A DNA stretch of 64,000 bases from Candidatus Anstonellales archaeon (lineage in GTDB: Archaea; Micrarchaeota; Micrarchaeia; Anstonellales; J096). Below are positions 21,286 through 30,806 of the stretch, piece after piece. A model generated the notes under the pieces. The model did not search any database and was not told the DNA's origin. It worked only from the letters and a program-made list of their open reading frames with translations. The first letter of the stretch is position 1; each line of letters begins with the position of its first letter. The position numbers were made by a program, and so were the translations under genes. Location: positions 1 to 64,000 of the forward strand of contig JAWAFD010000001.1 of NCBI GenBank assembly GCA_038890745.1. Reading direction: 5' to 3'.

Positions 21286-21808
21286 CCTTTCAAAAACCTT
21301 TCGAAAGACCAGGGGGTACTTTAACTTTTTCTCAGACCCCCTGATGCGGTGAAACAACCCGAAGGGCTTCGGTGCGACCCAACCCACCTAAACTTCTGGG
21401 TCGCACTTGTTTCGCCGCATCACCTGCCTCTTCCACTAGCCAAGGGGGGACTTAAGCATATTCTTATTCCCCCCTCACGCTTCTACCCCCCTATCTTATT
21501 AGGAGCAAAGGGATTAGAAAAAGATGGGGGGTAGTAGAGTAAGGGGGTCTGCGATAAGCAATAGTACCCCCTAGTCTTCTGCCTCTTCCACTAGCCAAGG
21601 GGGGGCTTAAGCATATTCTTATTCCCCCCTCACGCTTCTACCCCCCTATCTTATTAGGAGCAAAAATTAGGGGGTATTACCCCCTGAGGGAAGAAAGTTT
21701 AGAAATGCGAAAAGGGGCTTTGGGGATGTTATCCCCAAATGAGTTTAAGAATAGCGAAGGGGGGCGAGGCGGAATAAGCGCCAGGGGGGTATTACCCCCC
21801 GGGGCTTA
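21286..21808. repeat. ~520-bp non-coding cluster of GC-rich hairpin repeats (REP/MITE-like)
   Basis: 86-bp direct repeat at 21424-21509 and 21579-21664 (1 mismatch); inverted copy at 21521-21576; AGGGGGTATTACCCCC hairpins at ~21669 and ~21783; homology to 15653-15720. Confidence 0.85.
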
Positions 21809-21813
21809 TTTGG

Positions 21814-23223
21814 TTAGAATTTTTTTCTTACTTTTGGCCCTTCGGGGGTATCAAGAATCTCGTACCCGCTTTCATTCAAAATTTTTCTTATTCTATCAGA
21901 AAGCTCAAATTGTTTTGCTTTTCTTAGCTCCTCCCTTATTGAAAGAACCGCATTCAGAAGTGGCTCTTCAGCCCCTTCACTTCCTTTCTCTTCTATCTCA
22001 ATCCCAAGAATAAAGAATACATCATTATAGAATTGCTTTGCAATCTTCAGCGCAGAATAGTCCATTTCCTTTCCTGCTATGTGTCTATTCACTTCGCTTA
22101 TAAAATCGAAGAAGGAAGCAACTGCCTTTGCGGTGTCGAAATCATTATCCATAGCCTCAAAAAACATGTTTTTTAGTTCATACATTTTCCTTCTGAATTC
22201 CGGATCCGGTCTGTTTGGTTTTTTGCTTTTTTCTGCCTCACTTAGTAGAACGAATCCTTCCTCTATTCTTCTCAGCGCAGCCGAAGCACTTTCAACATGC
22301 TTTTCTGAGTAGTCTATCGGACTGGAGTATTTTGTCATCACGAATAGAAGGCGGATTGCTTGAGGGCTATGCTTCGATAGCGCATCTTTTAGGGTTATAA
22401 AATTTCCTAAACTTTTGCTCATCTTCACTCCATTAACAGTAAGGAAGCCTGTATGAAGCCAGTATTTTACAAACTGAACCTTGAACGCGGCCTCGCTCTG
22501 TGCAATCTCATTCTCATGATGGGGGAATATAAGGTCCTTTGCACCACCATGGATATCGATCGTTCTGTTTTCTGTATACTTCATACTCATTGCAGAGCAT
22601 TCTATATGCCAGCCGGGTCTTCCGTACCCCCATGGGCTATCAAAACCAATGGGCTCTTCCCCTTTTTTTGTTTTTTTCCAAAGCGCAAAATCAACTGGGT
22701 TTTTCTTTGTTGGGTCTGGCTCTATCCGATGCTCTTTTTCTATCTCTTTTATTTTCTGTCCCGAGAGTTTTCCGTATTTCTTGAATTTCGCAACATTAAA
22801 ATAAACGCCTGTTTCAGTCTCGTAAGCATATCCATTCCTTATTATTTTCTTTATTATTTCGATTATTTCAGGGATATGCTCGGAAACTGCAGGGTAGAAA
22901 TCAGCACGGAGGATGTTTAGGGAATCAAAAAGAGAAAGGGCTTCGGAGTGGAAATGTTTAGAAAGCTCAAGAGGGCTTTTGTTTGTTTCCTTCGCACGGT
23001 TTATTATTTTGTCCTCAACATCCGTAATGTTCTGGATATGGAGGACATCGTACCCTTTGTACAGAAGATAGCGTTTGATTACATCAAAAGAAACATAGGT
23101 ACGCGCATGGCCTAGGTGGGTATGGTCATATGGAGTAAGGCCGCACACATACATAACAATCTTTTTACTGTGCGTGGGTGAGAAATCCTCAACTTTTTTT
23201 GTAAGCGTGTTGTATACTCTCAT
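21814..23223 (-). CDS. cysS: Cysteinyl-tRNA synthetase
   Basis: MYVCG, HLGH, GRPGWHIECSAM, FPHHENE, KMSKS. Confidence 0.97.
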   Translation of the reverse strand: MRVYNTLTKKVEDFSPTHSKKIVMYVCGLTPYDHTHLGHARTYVSFDVIKRYLLYKGYDVLHIQNITDVEDKIINRAKETNKSPLELSKHFHSEALSLFDSLNILRADFYPAVSEHIPEIIEIIKKIIRNGYAYETETGVYFNVAKFKKYGKLSGQKIKEIEKEHRIEPDPTKKNPVDFALWKKTKKGEEPIGFDSPWGYGRPGWHIECSAMSMKYTENRTIDIHGGAKDLIFPHHENEIAQSEAAFKVQFVKYWLHTGFLTVNGVKMSKSLGNFITLKDALSKHSPQAIRLLFVMTKYSSPIDYSEKHVESASAALRRIEEGFVLLSEAEKSKKPNRPDPEFRRKMYELKNMFFEAMDNDFDTAKAVASFFDFISEVNRHIAGKEMDYSALKIAKQFYNDVFFILGIEIEEKGSEGAEEPLLNAVLSIREELRKAKQFELSDRIRKILNESGYEILDTPEGPKVRKKF

Positions 23224-23816
23224 CTTTTCATCCCAAACAAAAACCTTAGTATCCTTATGGTTTCGTACATAAACCTTAATAAAAGCTCCACAGCTATCAT
23301 GAAAATTGCTATTTTGGGCGCCGAGCTCATTACTGCAAAAAAAGCCTTCTCTATGTCTACCGGAGCAGAAAGAAGAATGGATGGATCAAGCAGGATGGTA
23401 GCAAGAAATACAAGCGGGATGAGTTTTCCAACCTCCATGGAAACCTCTTCATTTATGTACGCAAGTATGCGCGTTGTGGATACAAGAAGGGCAGAAACGA
23501 GGATGGCATAATTTATATCATGCTCCCTTGTAAGAAAAACTATCATCACCGCTATGAAGAATGCCCAGAGAAAAACGTAGAGCGGGGTGAGCACTAGGGT
23601 TTTGATGAGAAATGAAAGCTCAGATATTGTTTTTTTCACAATTGCCAAGATTCCCCTCTCTGATTCTGTTTCATTAAACACAGAAATATCCCTTCTTGCA
23701 AGTTTTTTGTAGAAGAAAAAGATGAGATACGCATAGAACGCAAGGCTAACCGCAGAAACTAAGAAATATGCAAATTCAGAAGAAAGGAGAACCGAATTTA
23801 TGTAGCTTAGATCCAT
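23220..23816 (-). CDS. Multi-pass membrane protein
   Basis: Several hydrophobic helices; tightly packed with polC and cysS. Confidence 0.7.
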   Translation of the reverse strand: MDLSYINSVLLSSEFAYFLVSAVSLAFYAYLIFFFYKKLARRDISVFNETESERGILAIVKKTISELSFLIKTLVLTPLYVFLWAFFIAVMIVFLTREHDINYAILVSALLVSTTRILAYINEEVSMEVGKLIPLVFLATILLDPSILLSAPVDIEKAFFAVMSSAPKIAIFMIAVELLLRFMYETIRILRFLFGMKR

Positions 23817-23824
23817 ATCAGCAC

Positions 23825-26800
23825 CTACATGAAATCCGAGATTCCGGTTTGCTTTATCTTTTCATCTTCAAAAACATTTTTAATCTCTTTCCCAAGGAGA
23901 ACGAGCCTCTGTTTTAAGTAGTTCGGGAGCTGGAATCCATCAACAAGCTTCATGGATACATCGAAATATTTCTCTATTCCTCCCTGATGAATAGTAAGCG
24001 TTAGATTGCCTCCGCATTTGAGGCACTTTCCCACGAGCGGAACGCGCCGGTATTTTTCATTGCAATTTACACACCTAAAATCCTGTCTTGAGAACTTGCG
24101 CAGATTCCCGTACAAATCTGGAATGAAATGGCTTAGAACAAGCCGCTCCATCGCATCTTTTATATCAACTGCCCGTATTTTTTTCATGAGCGAAACCTCT
24201 GCCTGGACCTTTTCAGGCACAGAGCTCAATTTTACGTACGTTGTCCTCAGAACACCTTTATCTATAAATGAAGTTGGATGGGTGAATGGAATCTGAGAAT
24301 ATTGCTCTGGTTTTCCCAGCCGGTCTTTGATGCGAGGGAGGGAAACCTCATACGGCATTTTCATTTCCATGGCAGATTTATAGAATTCTAGTGGATAGGA
24401 TTCGACCGTTTCCATCTCATGAACCTCATCATCAACCTCTCTTGGGTCCAAAAAAACAGTAAGGACAAGAGGGGAATCCATCGTCCCTCCTCTTTTGTCG
24501 CTTAAAAAGTATTTTGAGAAGTTTATAAGGGCATCTAGTAGAAGCATAACTGCATCTTCATCACCATCCGCGTTCCTTCTCTTAGCGGTATGGAAGTATG
24601 GATGCGCATACCCAACATTCGCTTTTGTAAACCCTATCACCCTTGCGAGTACCCCGGCGCTTGTATGCGGGCTCAATCCAACAACAAGATGGCCAACTAA
24701 GTCCTCCTTATTTTTCAAATTATAGAAAGCCTCCATTTCATATAGATTTACGAGCATATCATCTATGAATTTTGAAATTCTAAAAAGATACTCTGCCGCT
24801 GGTTCTGAGAGCAAAATATCCTGAGGCTTGAGTGGGATGAGCTGATCCTCATTTTCTATGGGATTGCCGAGATAATCCCGCGTGTATCCAAGCTGTTTTA
24901 TTTTCTGAACACTAACACCTATCTCTCTAGGGGTGAAGTGGGTAAGGGGGAGGTCCGTTGCATCAAACCTTGCCGTTCCATCCCGGTAGACATAAACAGA
25001 ATGCTTCGCCCGGAGAAACCCCTTCTCAAGCCGCTCTGGAATTTTGTATGAGCTCATGAGACCCTTTACCCCCTTTATCTCAAAGGGCATGAACCCGACT
25101 ATTTTTTTTGTATTTTCCATAAGCTTCACTAGGTCTATGGGGATGCGATCTGTTTTTTTTCCACCTTTCTCTTCAACAACAGCCTTTCCTCCGCAGAGAT
25201 GGCATTTTGTATAGAAAGTAAGCTGTCTGCATTTTGTGCATCTGAGAACGGCAACTTCTATATTTATGTTTTTTACACCCTCCCTTTCTTTAAGCATCGT
25301 ATATATTCTAGATATGCTCCTTGTTTTGTCAGAACCGGTTGGAAAAAGAACATTCGGGGAGCCATCCATCTCCCTCTCATCTGCCTTCTCAGGCCTGCCC
25401 ATTCTTGCACCTATAAAAGTCCCTCCTTTGTCCCGAATCTCAACCCCGCATGCAGCAGAAAGAATTCTCGTCACATCCTCCTCCTCAACGCTCACATTTT
25501 TGAAATTGGACAGAGTAAAAAGAAGGGCAACAGCAGTATCATTTTCAATCAAAACCTTTCCATCCCTAAGCTTATGCTCTGCACCTATTCTTTCCAAAAA
25601 TCTTTTTTCAGGACCATTTTCAACAACAAAAACACCATTTTCAAACTTTCCGGAATTTATCCAGGTTGCGAGGGCAGTGAGCTCTTCTTTGTTTAAATCT
25701 GTCCAGTAGAAAAGATAATCTGGGTGAAGGGGGAGGGAATGTTTTTTTGAGAATTCTATTGCCTCTTTTGCCGAAGAAAATTTTTTTGGCTCAACCCCCT
25801 TTGCCTTTACTTCTTCCACCCACCATTCCTCGCAGTATCCTGGCGGGAGAAGAGGGGTGTTTGATTTCAGAAAATCCCCAAATGGACAGAGGATATCGCC
25901 AAGAAAAAGAATTTCTCTGACTTCATCCTTTATTTTTTCTGCCTCCTGTATTGTTCTTACCTTAACAACATCTCCATTATCAAGAAGAACTATTGGGGGC
26001 TCTATGTTCTCGTTTGCAGCAACAACGCATCCCTTCCCCGGTCTTTCAAGCTTAAGCTGGGTCCCGTATGCGATGAAACCATCAAGAAGAACCATCGCAG
26101 CAGGGTGGATATTTTTTGCCATTATCCCGTTCGTCCTGCTTCTTCCATATCTTAATCTAAACCCACCTTTGGCCATTGGGTAGGAAAAAACAGGCCTTCC
26201 TGCCACAAGCCCATCTAAATAATCTGGATTTGGCTTAATCTCTATTTTTTTCTCCCCGGTTTTTATTTTTATTATTTTCTCAAGCCATGTCCATTCGATC
26301 CCAAGCTTTTTTGTGTATTTCAAAACCTTTGCAGCCTTTTGCGCTATACCCTCGCATATCACGAGCGGAACACCGCCCCTTATTTTATTTGTCTCGACCC
26401 GCTCCAAATCCCTATTTACAGAAACCTCAACATCCTCGGTTGTTGGTTCGCCATCTATACAAACCGGGCAGTTTTCCACTATTATTCTTATGTGCTCTTC
26501 TGGTGGTTTGTATTGAAGATGAGCAACAGCAGCTTCATAGGTATTGATTTCTTCAACATACCGGTCAACTTCTTTTTGAAGAGGTCTGTAGTCACCAATC
26601 CCTGCTTCTCTTCTCGCTAAATCAGCAAGCACAACGCTTAGTGCTGCAACCGTTCCACCTGCGCTTCTTATAGGCCCAGCAAAATATATGGCAACATACT
26701 TACTACCATCCGGGTTTTGCTTTATTTTTATTTTTGCGATTCCTTCTGTCGGTGCAACAAGAACTCCTTCTGTAAGGAGGGCAACCCCTACCCTCACTGC

Positions 26801-27109
26801 CTTCTCTATCCTTTCCTCAATGCTTCTTGAAGGAACGATCTTTCCTCTCGCAATCTCCTTCGCAAGCTCAAACGCTATATCCTCCCTGCTCTTTCCTTCC
26901 TTTTCCCTTCTCCGTATCTCATCGGCAATCTCTATCCCAAGGATACCCTCAACCCTCGCAGCAACATCCTTTGCTACCGTTATCTCAACCTCCTCTGTTG
27001 GGTCAAATCCCTTTGCCCTTGCTTTTGAGGCTACGGAGTATGCTTTTTCAAGCTCTGCCCTGAGCGAATCAAAGTATTTTTTTGTTTCCTCATCTGCAAC
27101 TATTTCCAT
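23825..27109 (-). CDS. polC: DNA polymerase D large subunit DP2
   Basis: YFAGPIRSAGGT, GGFRLRYGRSR, KRRNADGDED, C-terminal Zn finger; no intein seen. Confidence 0.97.
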   Translation of the reverse strand: MEIVADEETKKYFDSLRAELEKAYSVASKARAKGFDPTEEVEITVAKDVAARVEGILGIEIADEIRRREKEGKSREDIAFELAKEIARGKIVPSRSIEERIEKAVRVGVALLTEGVLVAPTEGIAKIKIKQNPDGSKYVAIYFAGPIRSAGGTVAALSVVLADLARREAGIGDYRPLQKEVDRYVEEINTYEAAVAHLQYKPPEEHIRIIVENCPVCIDGEPTTEDVEVSVNRDLERVETNKIRGGVPLVICEGIAQKAAKVLKYTKKLGIEWTWLEKIIKIKTGEKKIEIKPNPDYLDGLVAGRPVFSYPMAKGGFRLRYGRSRTNGIMAKNIHPAAMVLLDGFIAYGTQLKLERPGKGCVVAANENIEPPIVLLDNGDVVKVRTIQEAEKIKDEVREILFLGDILCPFGDFLKSNTPLLPPGYCEEWWVEEVKAKGVEPKKFSSAKEAIEFSKKHSLPLHPDYLFYWTDLNKEELTALATWINSGKFENGVFVVENGPEKRFLERIGAEHKLRDGKVLIENDTAVALLFTLSNFKNVSVEEEDVTRILSAACGVEIRDKGGTFIGARMGRPEKADEREMDGSPNVLFPTGSDKTRSISRIYTMLKEREGVKNINIEVAVLRCTKCRQLTFYTKCHLCGGKAVVEEKGGKKTDRIPIDLVKLMENTKKIVGFMPFEIKGVKGLMSSYKIPERLEKGFLRAKHSVYVYRDGTARFDATDLPLTHFTPREIGVSVQKIKQLGYTRDYLGNPIENEDQLIPLKPQDILLSEPAAEYLFRISKFIDDMLVNLYEMEAFYNLKNKEDLVGHLVVGLSPHTSAGVLARVIGFTKANVGYAHPYFHTAKRRNADGDEDAVMLLLDALINFSKYFLSDKRGGTMDSPLVLTVFLDPREVDDEVHEMETVESYPLEFYKSAMEMKMPYEVSLPRIKDRLGKPEQYSQIPFTHPTSFIDKGVLRTTYVKLSSVPEKVQAEVSLMKKIRAVDIKDAMERLVLSHFIPDLYGNLRKFSRQDFRCVNCNEKYRRVPLVGKCLKCGGNLTLTIHQGGIEKYFDVSMKLVDGFQLPNYLKQRLVLLGKEIKNVFEDEKIKQTGISDFM

Positions 27110-27113
27110 ACTA

Positions 27114-28547
27114 TCACACGAATTTTAGTGTTGAAAGCTTTCCGGTTTTCAGATTGTATACTGGCACCTCACCAGGGGTCGGAACATGGCCTTGCTTTAT
27201 CTGATATTCTGTCTGCGCTTGGAACGTTCCTGAGTTTATGAGAAGGGTCCCGCGGTATTCCATGTATCCGTTTTTGTGAACATGGCCTATGTGCATGACA
27301 TCGGGCACCTCATCGATTACCATATAATCAACCTCTTCTGGTATGATTGGGTTTTCACCATAGAAAGGGGAGAGATGCCTTCTTATGAGGTATTCCTTCA
27401 TTACCTCTTCTGGCTTTGTGTAGCTGAGTTTGGGGATGTTTGCTATGAATGAATCTAAGGATGTGCCATGATAAATAATGTGGGAAACCCCATCTATGAA
27501 AACCCTCGCAGGACTTCCAACCTTGATCACATCGCTTTTTATCAAGTCATTTTCTATAGCCGGCATGGGCTCCCCTCTTCTCACAGCATCATGATTTCCT
27601 GGGATTATGATTACAGATATATACTCCGGGAGCATGCCTACAAAATCATCGAACATCTCATACTGCTTTTCAATATCCTTAACCACCAGCTCCTTCTCTT
27701 GATTTGGGTAGATGCCTATCCCATCAACAATATCACCAGCAACAACCAAGTATTTTATTTTTCCAGCCCTTTTGTCTTTTTTTATGTAATTTAAAAATTT
27801 TTCAAACGAACCCGCGAGGAACTTGTTGCTTCCGAAATGGATATCGGAAACATACGCAACCTCCAAATCCCTTTCGCTCTTATTCCTGTTCCTCTGCAGA
27901 GGAACATCAGGCCATTCAAAATCATCAGCAATAAGAAGAGGATGGAGAACCTTTCCATAGAACGCAATTATGTCATCTTTCACAATTCTTTTTGCATTCT
28001 CAAAAATTTTTTCATTATTTTTTGGTATAACAACTTTGTATACTCCAGTCAGGTCTTCCACTATTACCAGAAGGTTTCCTTTTGCGGTTGTGCTTTTTTT
28101 GTAAACCATCCCTATAATTTTAACCTTCTCCTGATTCCTGTCTTTTAGCTCTGCTATCTCCATCTCAGCATACCCGGTCTTGCTCTCAAAAAAAAGCCGG
28201 CGCATTTTTTTATATCTGTTCCTAAAATACTCTATGAAATTCTCTACTTTGCCAGTAGTCCTGCTCTTCCCAGTAATGTCTTTTTTATAATCTATTGAAA
28301 TTTCAGGGGAATATTCTTTTGCCTCCGGTGCTTTTTCTCCTCTTTTTACTATTACCTCCTCTTTTTTCTCTGCCTCTTTTTCCTTTTCTCTCTTCTCTTT
28401 TTCTTTTATTATTCCCTCGACATCTTCTTTTGTGATGAGCGGTTTGTTCAGCGATAGTACTGCATGTATGAGCTCATGCTTTCCTTTCAGAATCTCCTCT
28501 GCATCCAAAGTAATCCTTATTCCTTTCTCTGAGAGTTCCTTTATCAT
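27114..28547 (-). CDS. polB: DNA polymerase D small subunit DP1 (3'-5' exonuclease)
   Basis: SDIHFGS, AGDIVDGIGIYP, PGNHD, GHVH, NSGTFQ; adjacent to DP2. Confidence 0.95.
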   Translation of the reverse strand: MIKELSEKGIRITLDAEEILKGKHELIHAVLSLNKPLITKEDVEGIIKEKEKREKEKEAEKKEEVIVKRGEKAPEAKEYSPEISIDYKKDITGKSRTTGKVENFIEYFRNRYKKMRRLFFESKTGYAEMEIAELKDRNQEKVKIIGMVYKKSTTAKGNLLVIVEDLTGVYKVVIPKNNEKIFENAKRIVKDDIIAFYGKVLHPLLIADDFEWPDVPLQRNRNKSERDLEVAYVSDIHFGSNKFLAGSFEKFLNYIKKDKRAGKIKYLVVAGDIVDGIGIYPNQEKELVVKDIEKQYEMFDDFVGMLPEYISVIIIPGNHDAVRRGEPMPAIENDLIKSDVIKVGSPARVFIDGVSHIIYHGTSLDSFIANIPKLSYTKPEEVMKEYLIRRHLSPFYGENPIIPEEVDYMVIDEVPDVMHIGHVHKNGYMEYRGTLLINSGTFQAQTEYQIKQGHVPTPGEVPVYNLKTGKLSTLKFV

Positions 28548-28792
28548 CCTTTTATACCCTCTAGTGCAGATAGGATTGCCCAAATTTGGGTTCTGGCATG
28601 AGCGGGTAGGTTGACATCCTCGCTTACTTCTTGGATTATGTATATCGCTGCGCTTATGCGAACCTTAAGTTCCTCTGTCCCTCCGAGACGAACCTTTGCC
28701 TCCTCCAGTGCTCTTCTGACATTTCTCGGCACAGAAAAATCCTCCAGAAGGCTGTTGATCATCTCTATAATCTCTGCAACCTCTTTCTCCAT
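28544..28792 (-). CDS. UPF0147 family protein
   Basis: D.SVPRNVRR, D.NLPAHARTQIW. Confidence 0.85.
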   Translation of the reverse strand: MEKEVAEIIEMINSLLEDFSVPRNVRRALEEAKVRLGGTEELKVRISAAIYIIQEVSEDVNLPAHARTQIWAILSALEGIKG

Positions 28793-28883
28793 CTCACCAC
28801 CCCACTTTACCAAAAAATATGCTGGCAGTCTATTTTGTGCGCAAGTATTTTTATAGGTTTTCAGACCGCGACCAGATTTATAG

Positions 28884-29071
28884 TAGCGGGGGGTGGATTT
28901 GAACCACCGACCTCCGGGTCTCCCACCCCTCATTTGTGAGGGATTTTGAAGGCATCCGTGCCCAAACCTCCTAAAAACATTAGGGGGTTGAAGCTAGGGG
29001 GACTGCCTACTACTCTTAGGCTCCCCCTGGCTTATGAGCCCGGCGGGAACTCCAAACTCCCCTACCCCGCT
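28884..29071 (-). tRNA. Initiator tRNA-Met(CAT) with ~113-nt intron at 37/38 (28920-29032)
   Basis: A1-U72 AGCGGGG/CCCCGCT; three G-C pairs in CCGGG-CT-CAT-A|A-CCCGG; CTCA/TGGG central helix. Confidence 0.9.
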
Positions 29072-29131
29072 GCAGATTAGTTGCGAAGTAGAATAAAGTT
29101 AAGAAGTATTTTTAAATGTGCTATCTGCCCG

Positions 29132-29725
29132 CTATGACCAAACCAAAAAACTCCACCAAGGCTTTTCCTCGCTTATTACCTTTCCATCTGTGGCATCTAT
29201 TCTATATTTTATTTCCATCTGCACTGGGAGGACAAAGAATAGATTTCCAGTTGAAACTGCGGTAACCTCATATGCCGGAGATTTTCCATCATCAACAACA
29301 GATATACTTTTTATCTCTGCCTTCGCTGGAATCGCCTCAACCGCAACTGATGGAGGAATCTTTATCTCTTTGCCGCTTTGTGTTGAAACCAGCGCCTGCT
29401 CTCTATATTCTAAATCTGTTCTTACCTCTGCTTGTGTGGAAGCATCTGAAACATAAACCCTATTCTGTTCGTTCACTGTGACCATATTCGTACTTGTGGA
29501 TTGGACCTGCGCGTTGCTTGGCATTCCTTTCCCATCGCCCATTACAATTTCTTCGCCTTTTTCATTCACAAGACCGAGGGATGGTTGACTTTCGCTTACA
29601 TTAACTACGGTTATTTTTTCTCCGGTTTTTACAATAACCTGGTGGGAGCCGCTTCCTCCGCCCACATCAACCACTGCTGCTGAAAGCAAACCAAAAATAA
29701 ACAATCCAAACAATATTGCTCTCAT
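29132..29725 (-). CDS. Secreted protein with C-terminal PepSY-like region
   Basis: Signal peptide; YEV...G.LFFV.PV......IDATDGKVI...KPWWSFL. Confidence 0.7.
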   Translation of the reverse strand: MRAILFGLFIFGLLSAAVVDVGGGSGSHQVIVKTGEKITVVNVSESQPSLGLVNEKGEEIVMGDGKGMPSNAQVQSTSTNMVTVNEQNRVYVSDASTQAEVRTDLEYREQALVSTQSGKEIKIPPSVAVEAIPAKAEIKSISVVDDGKSPAYEVTAVSTGNLFFVLPVQMEIKYRIDATDGKVISEEKPWWSFLVWS

Positions 29726-29765
29726 GGATAAAACTATGAGTGGAAGAGAATAAAAAAGTAACTAT

Positions 29766-30755
29766 TTATTTTGCTTTTTTATAAACCAGTCCTTTAATTC
29801 TTTCAGCAAAACCATCTTCTTGATAGATTGTAAAATTTGAAAACCCTCTTTCATTCATGCGGTTGTATAGACCAGCAACCCTAGTCGCATAGTTTCCTGT
29901 TTTAACTGAGGATTTTGTTGTTATGTTAAGTTCATTGGCAACATCTTTCATTAAGGAGCCAAGAGTAAAATTTCCGCTTGCGAGCACATTCAGCGCGCTC
30001 TCAAATGCATTCAAGGTTGAGGAAGGGGCGTTGTGCATTGCAGCCACAACAAAGGCAGTAAATTTTCTCTGCTCTTCCTCAGATGAAGAGTTCCAAACAG
30101 TTTGCAATGTTTTGTATTTTGAAAATATTCTGGTGTTGAAAAGGGCCAGATTCTCATACGCAAGAAGAATCGCAACCACTGCCTGCTCCTCATAAGTATC
30201 GCAGTTCTTAAAAATTGGAATTTTAAATGATGGGTATTGCTGTTTTATTAAATCATGCGTTCCGGGAAGGGTTTGAAAAACACCCATGCTCCCAAGTTTG
30301 TCGCTCGAACGTATTTTTGTGAGATCAGAAGTGAAGAGAACGTAAGCAATGTCTATCATCCCATCAACATCTGTTTTTATTGGGATGAGTTCTTCGATAA
30401 CTATCGCCGCAAGCATAAGCTTATCCAGTCGCTTTGAGAGAGGATTTCCTATTTTTAGCGTACCTTTTTTAATATGGGCCTGAACAGTCTCGCAAGCAGA
30501 GGAAAGGCCAGCAAAGAATGTGGATAAGGAACAATTTTTATTGTATCCAGCGTACCATGGAAGGTTTCCTGTTATCCTACCAAGGTCACGCCACCCATCT
30601 TTTGTTTTTTCAATTCTATCGATTATAACATGGTTGGGTTTATCAAATTTGAAAGCGATAATTCGCGTTCCTGTTTCAGTAGTATGCCATCCGTTTGTTT
30701 CTGGGTGGTTTTTCTTGAACTCTTCGGGGCTTATGGTTTTTTTCTGCGAAGGCAT
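29766..30755 (-). CDS. Hypothetical protein, possible lytic transglycosylase/lysozyme-like fold
   Basis: AIVIEE, MGVFQTLPGT, AAMHNAP and NYATRV occur in SLT motif order. Confidence 0.55.
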   Translation of the reverse strand: MPSQKKTISPEEFKKNHPETNGWHTTETGTRIIAFKFDKPNHVIIDRIEKTKDGWRDLGRITGNLPWYAGYNKNCSLSTFFAGLSSACETVQAHIKKGTLKIGNPLSKRLDKLMLAAIVIEELIPIKTDVDGMIDIAYVLFTSDLTKIRSSDKLGSMGVFQTLPGTHDLIKQQYPSFKIPIFKNCDTYEEQAVVAILLAYENLALFNTRIFSKYKTLQTVWNSSSEEEQRKFTAFVVAAMHNAPSSTLNAFESALNVLASGNFTLGSLMKDVANELNITTKSSVKTGNYATRVAGLYNRMNERGFSNFTIYQEDGFAERIKGLVYKKAK

Positions 30756-30806
30756 AGAGGGTATAGAACAAATAACAATTTAAACACTTTCTAAAAAAGA
30801 GGGATT

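Noticed and set aside
21424..21664. CRISPR array
   Set aside because: Only two long (86-bp) copies; the intervening DNA is itself a repeat copy; no cas genes.
21286..21808. RNase P RNA (GGTGAAAC, GAGCAA and GGGCTTA motifs present)
   Set aside because: No GAGGAAAGTCC/P4 partner or ACAGAA on either strand, and the internal 86-bp duplication does not fit RNase P.
23825..27109. Inteins in DP2 (or in aIF5B)
   Set aside because: Lengths are ordinary and the motifs at the usual insertion points are contiguous.
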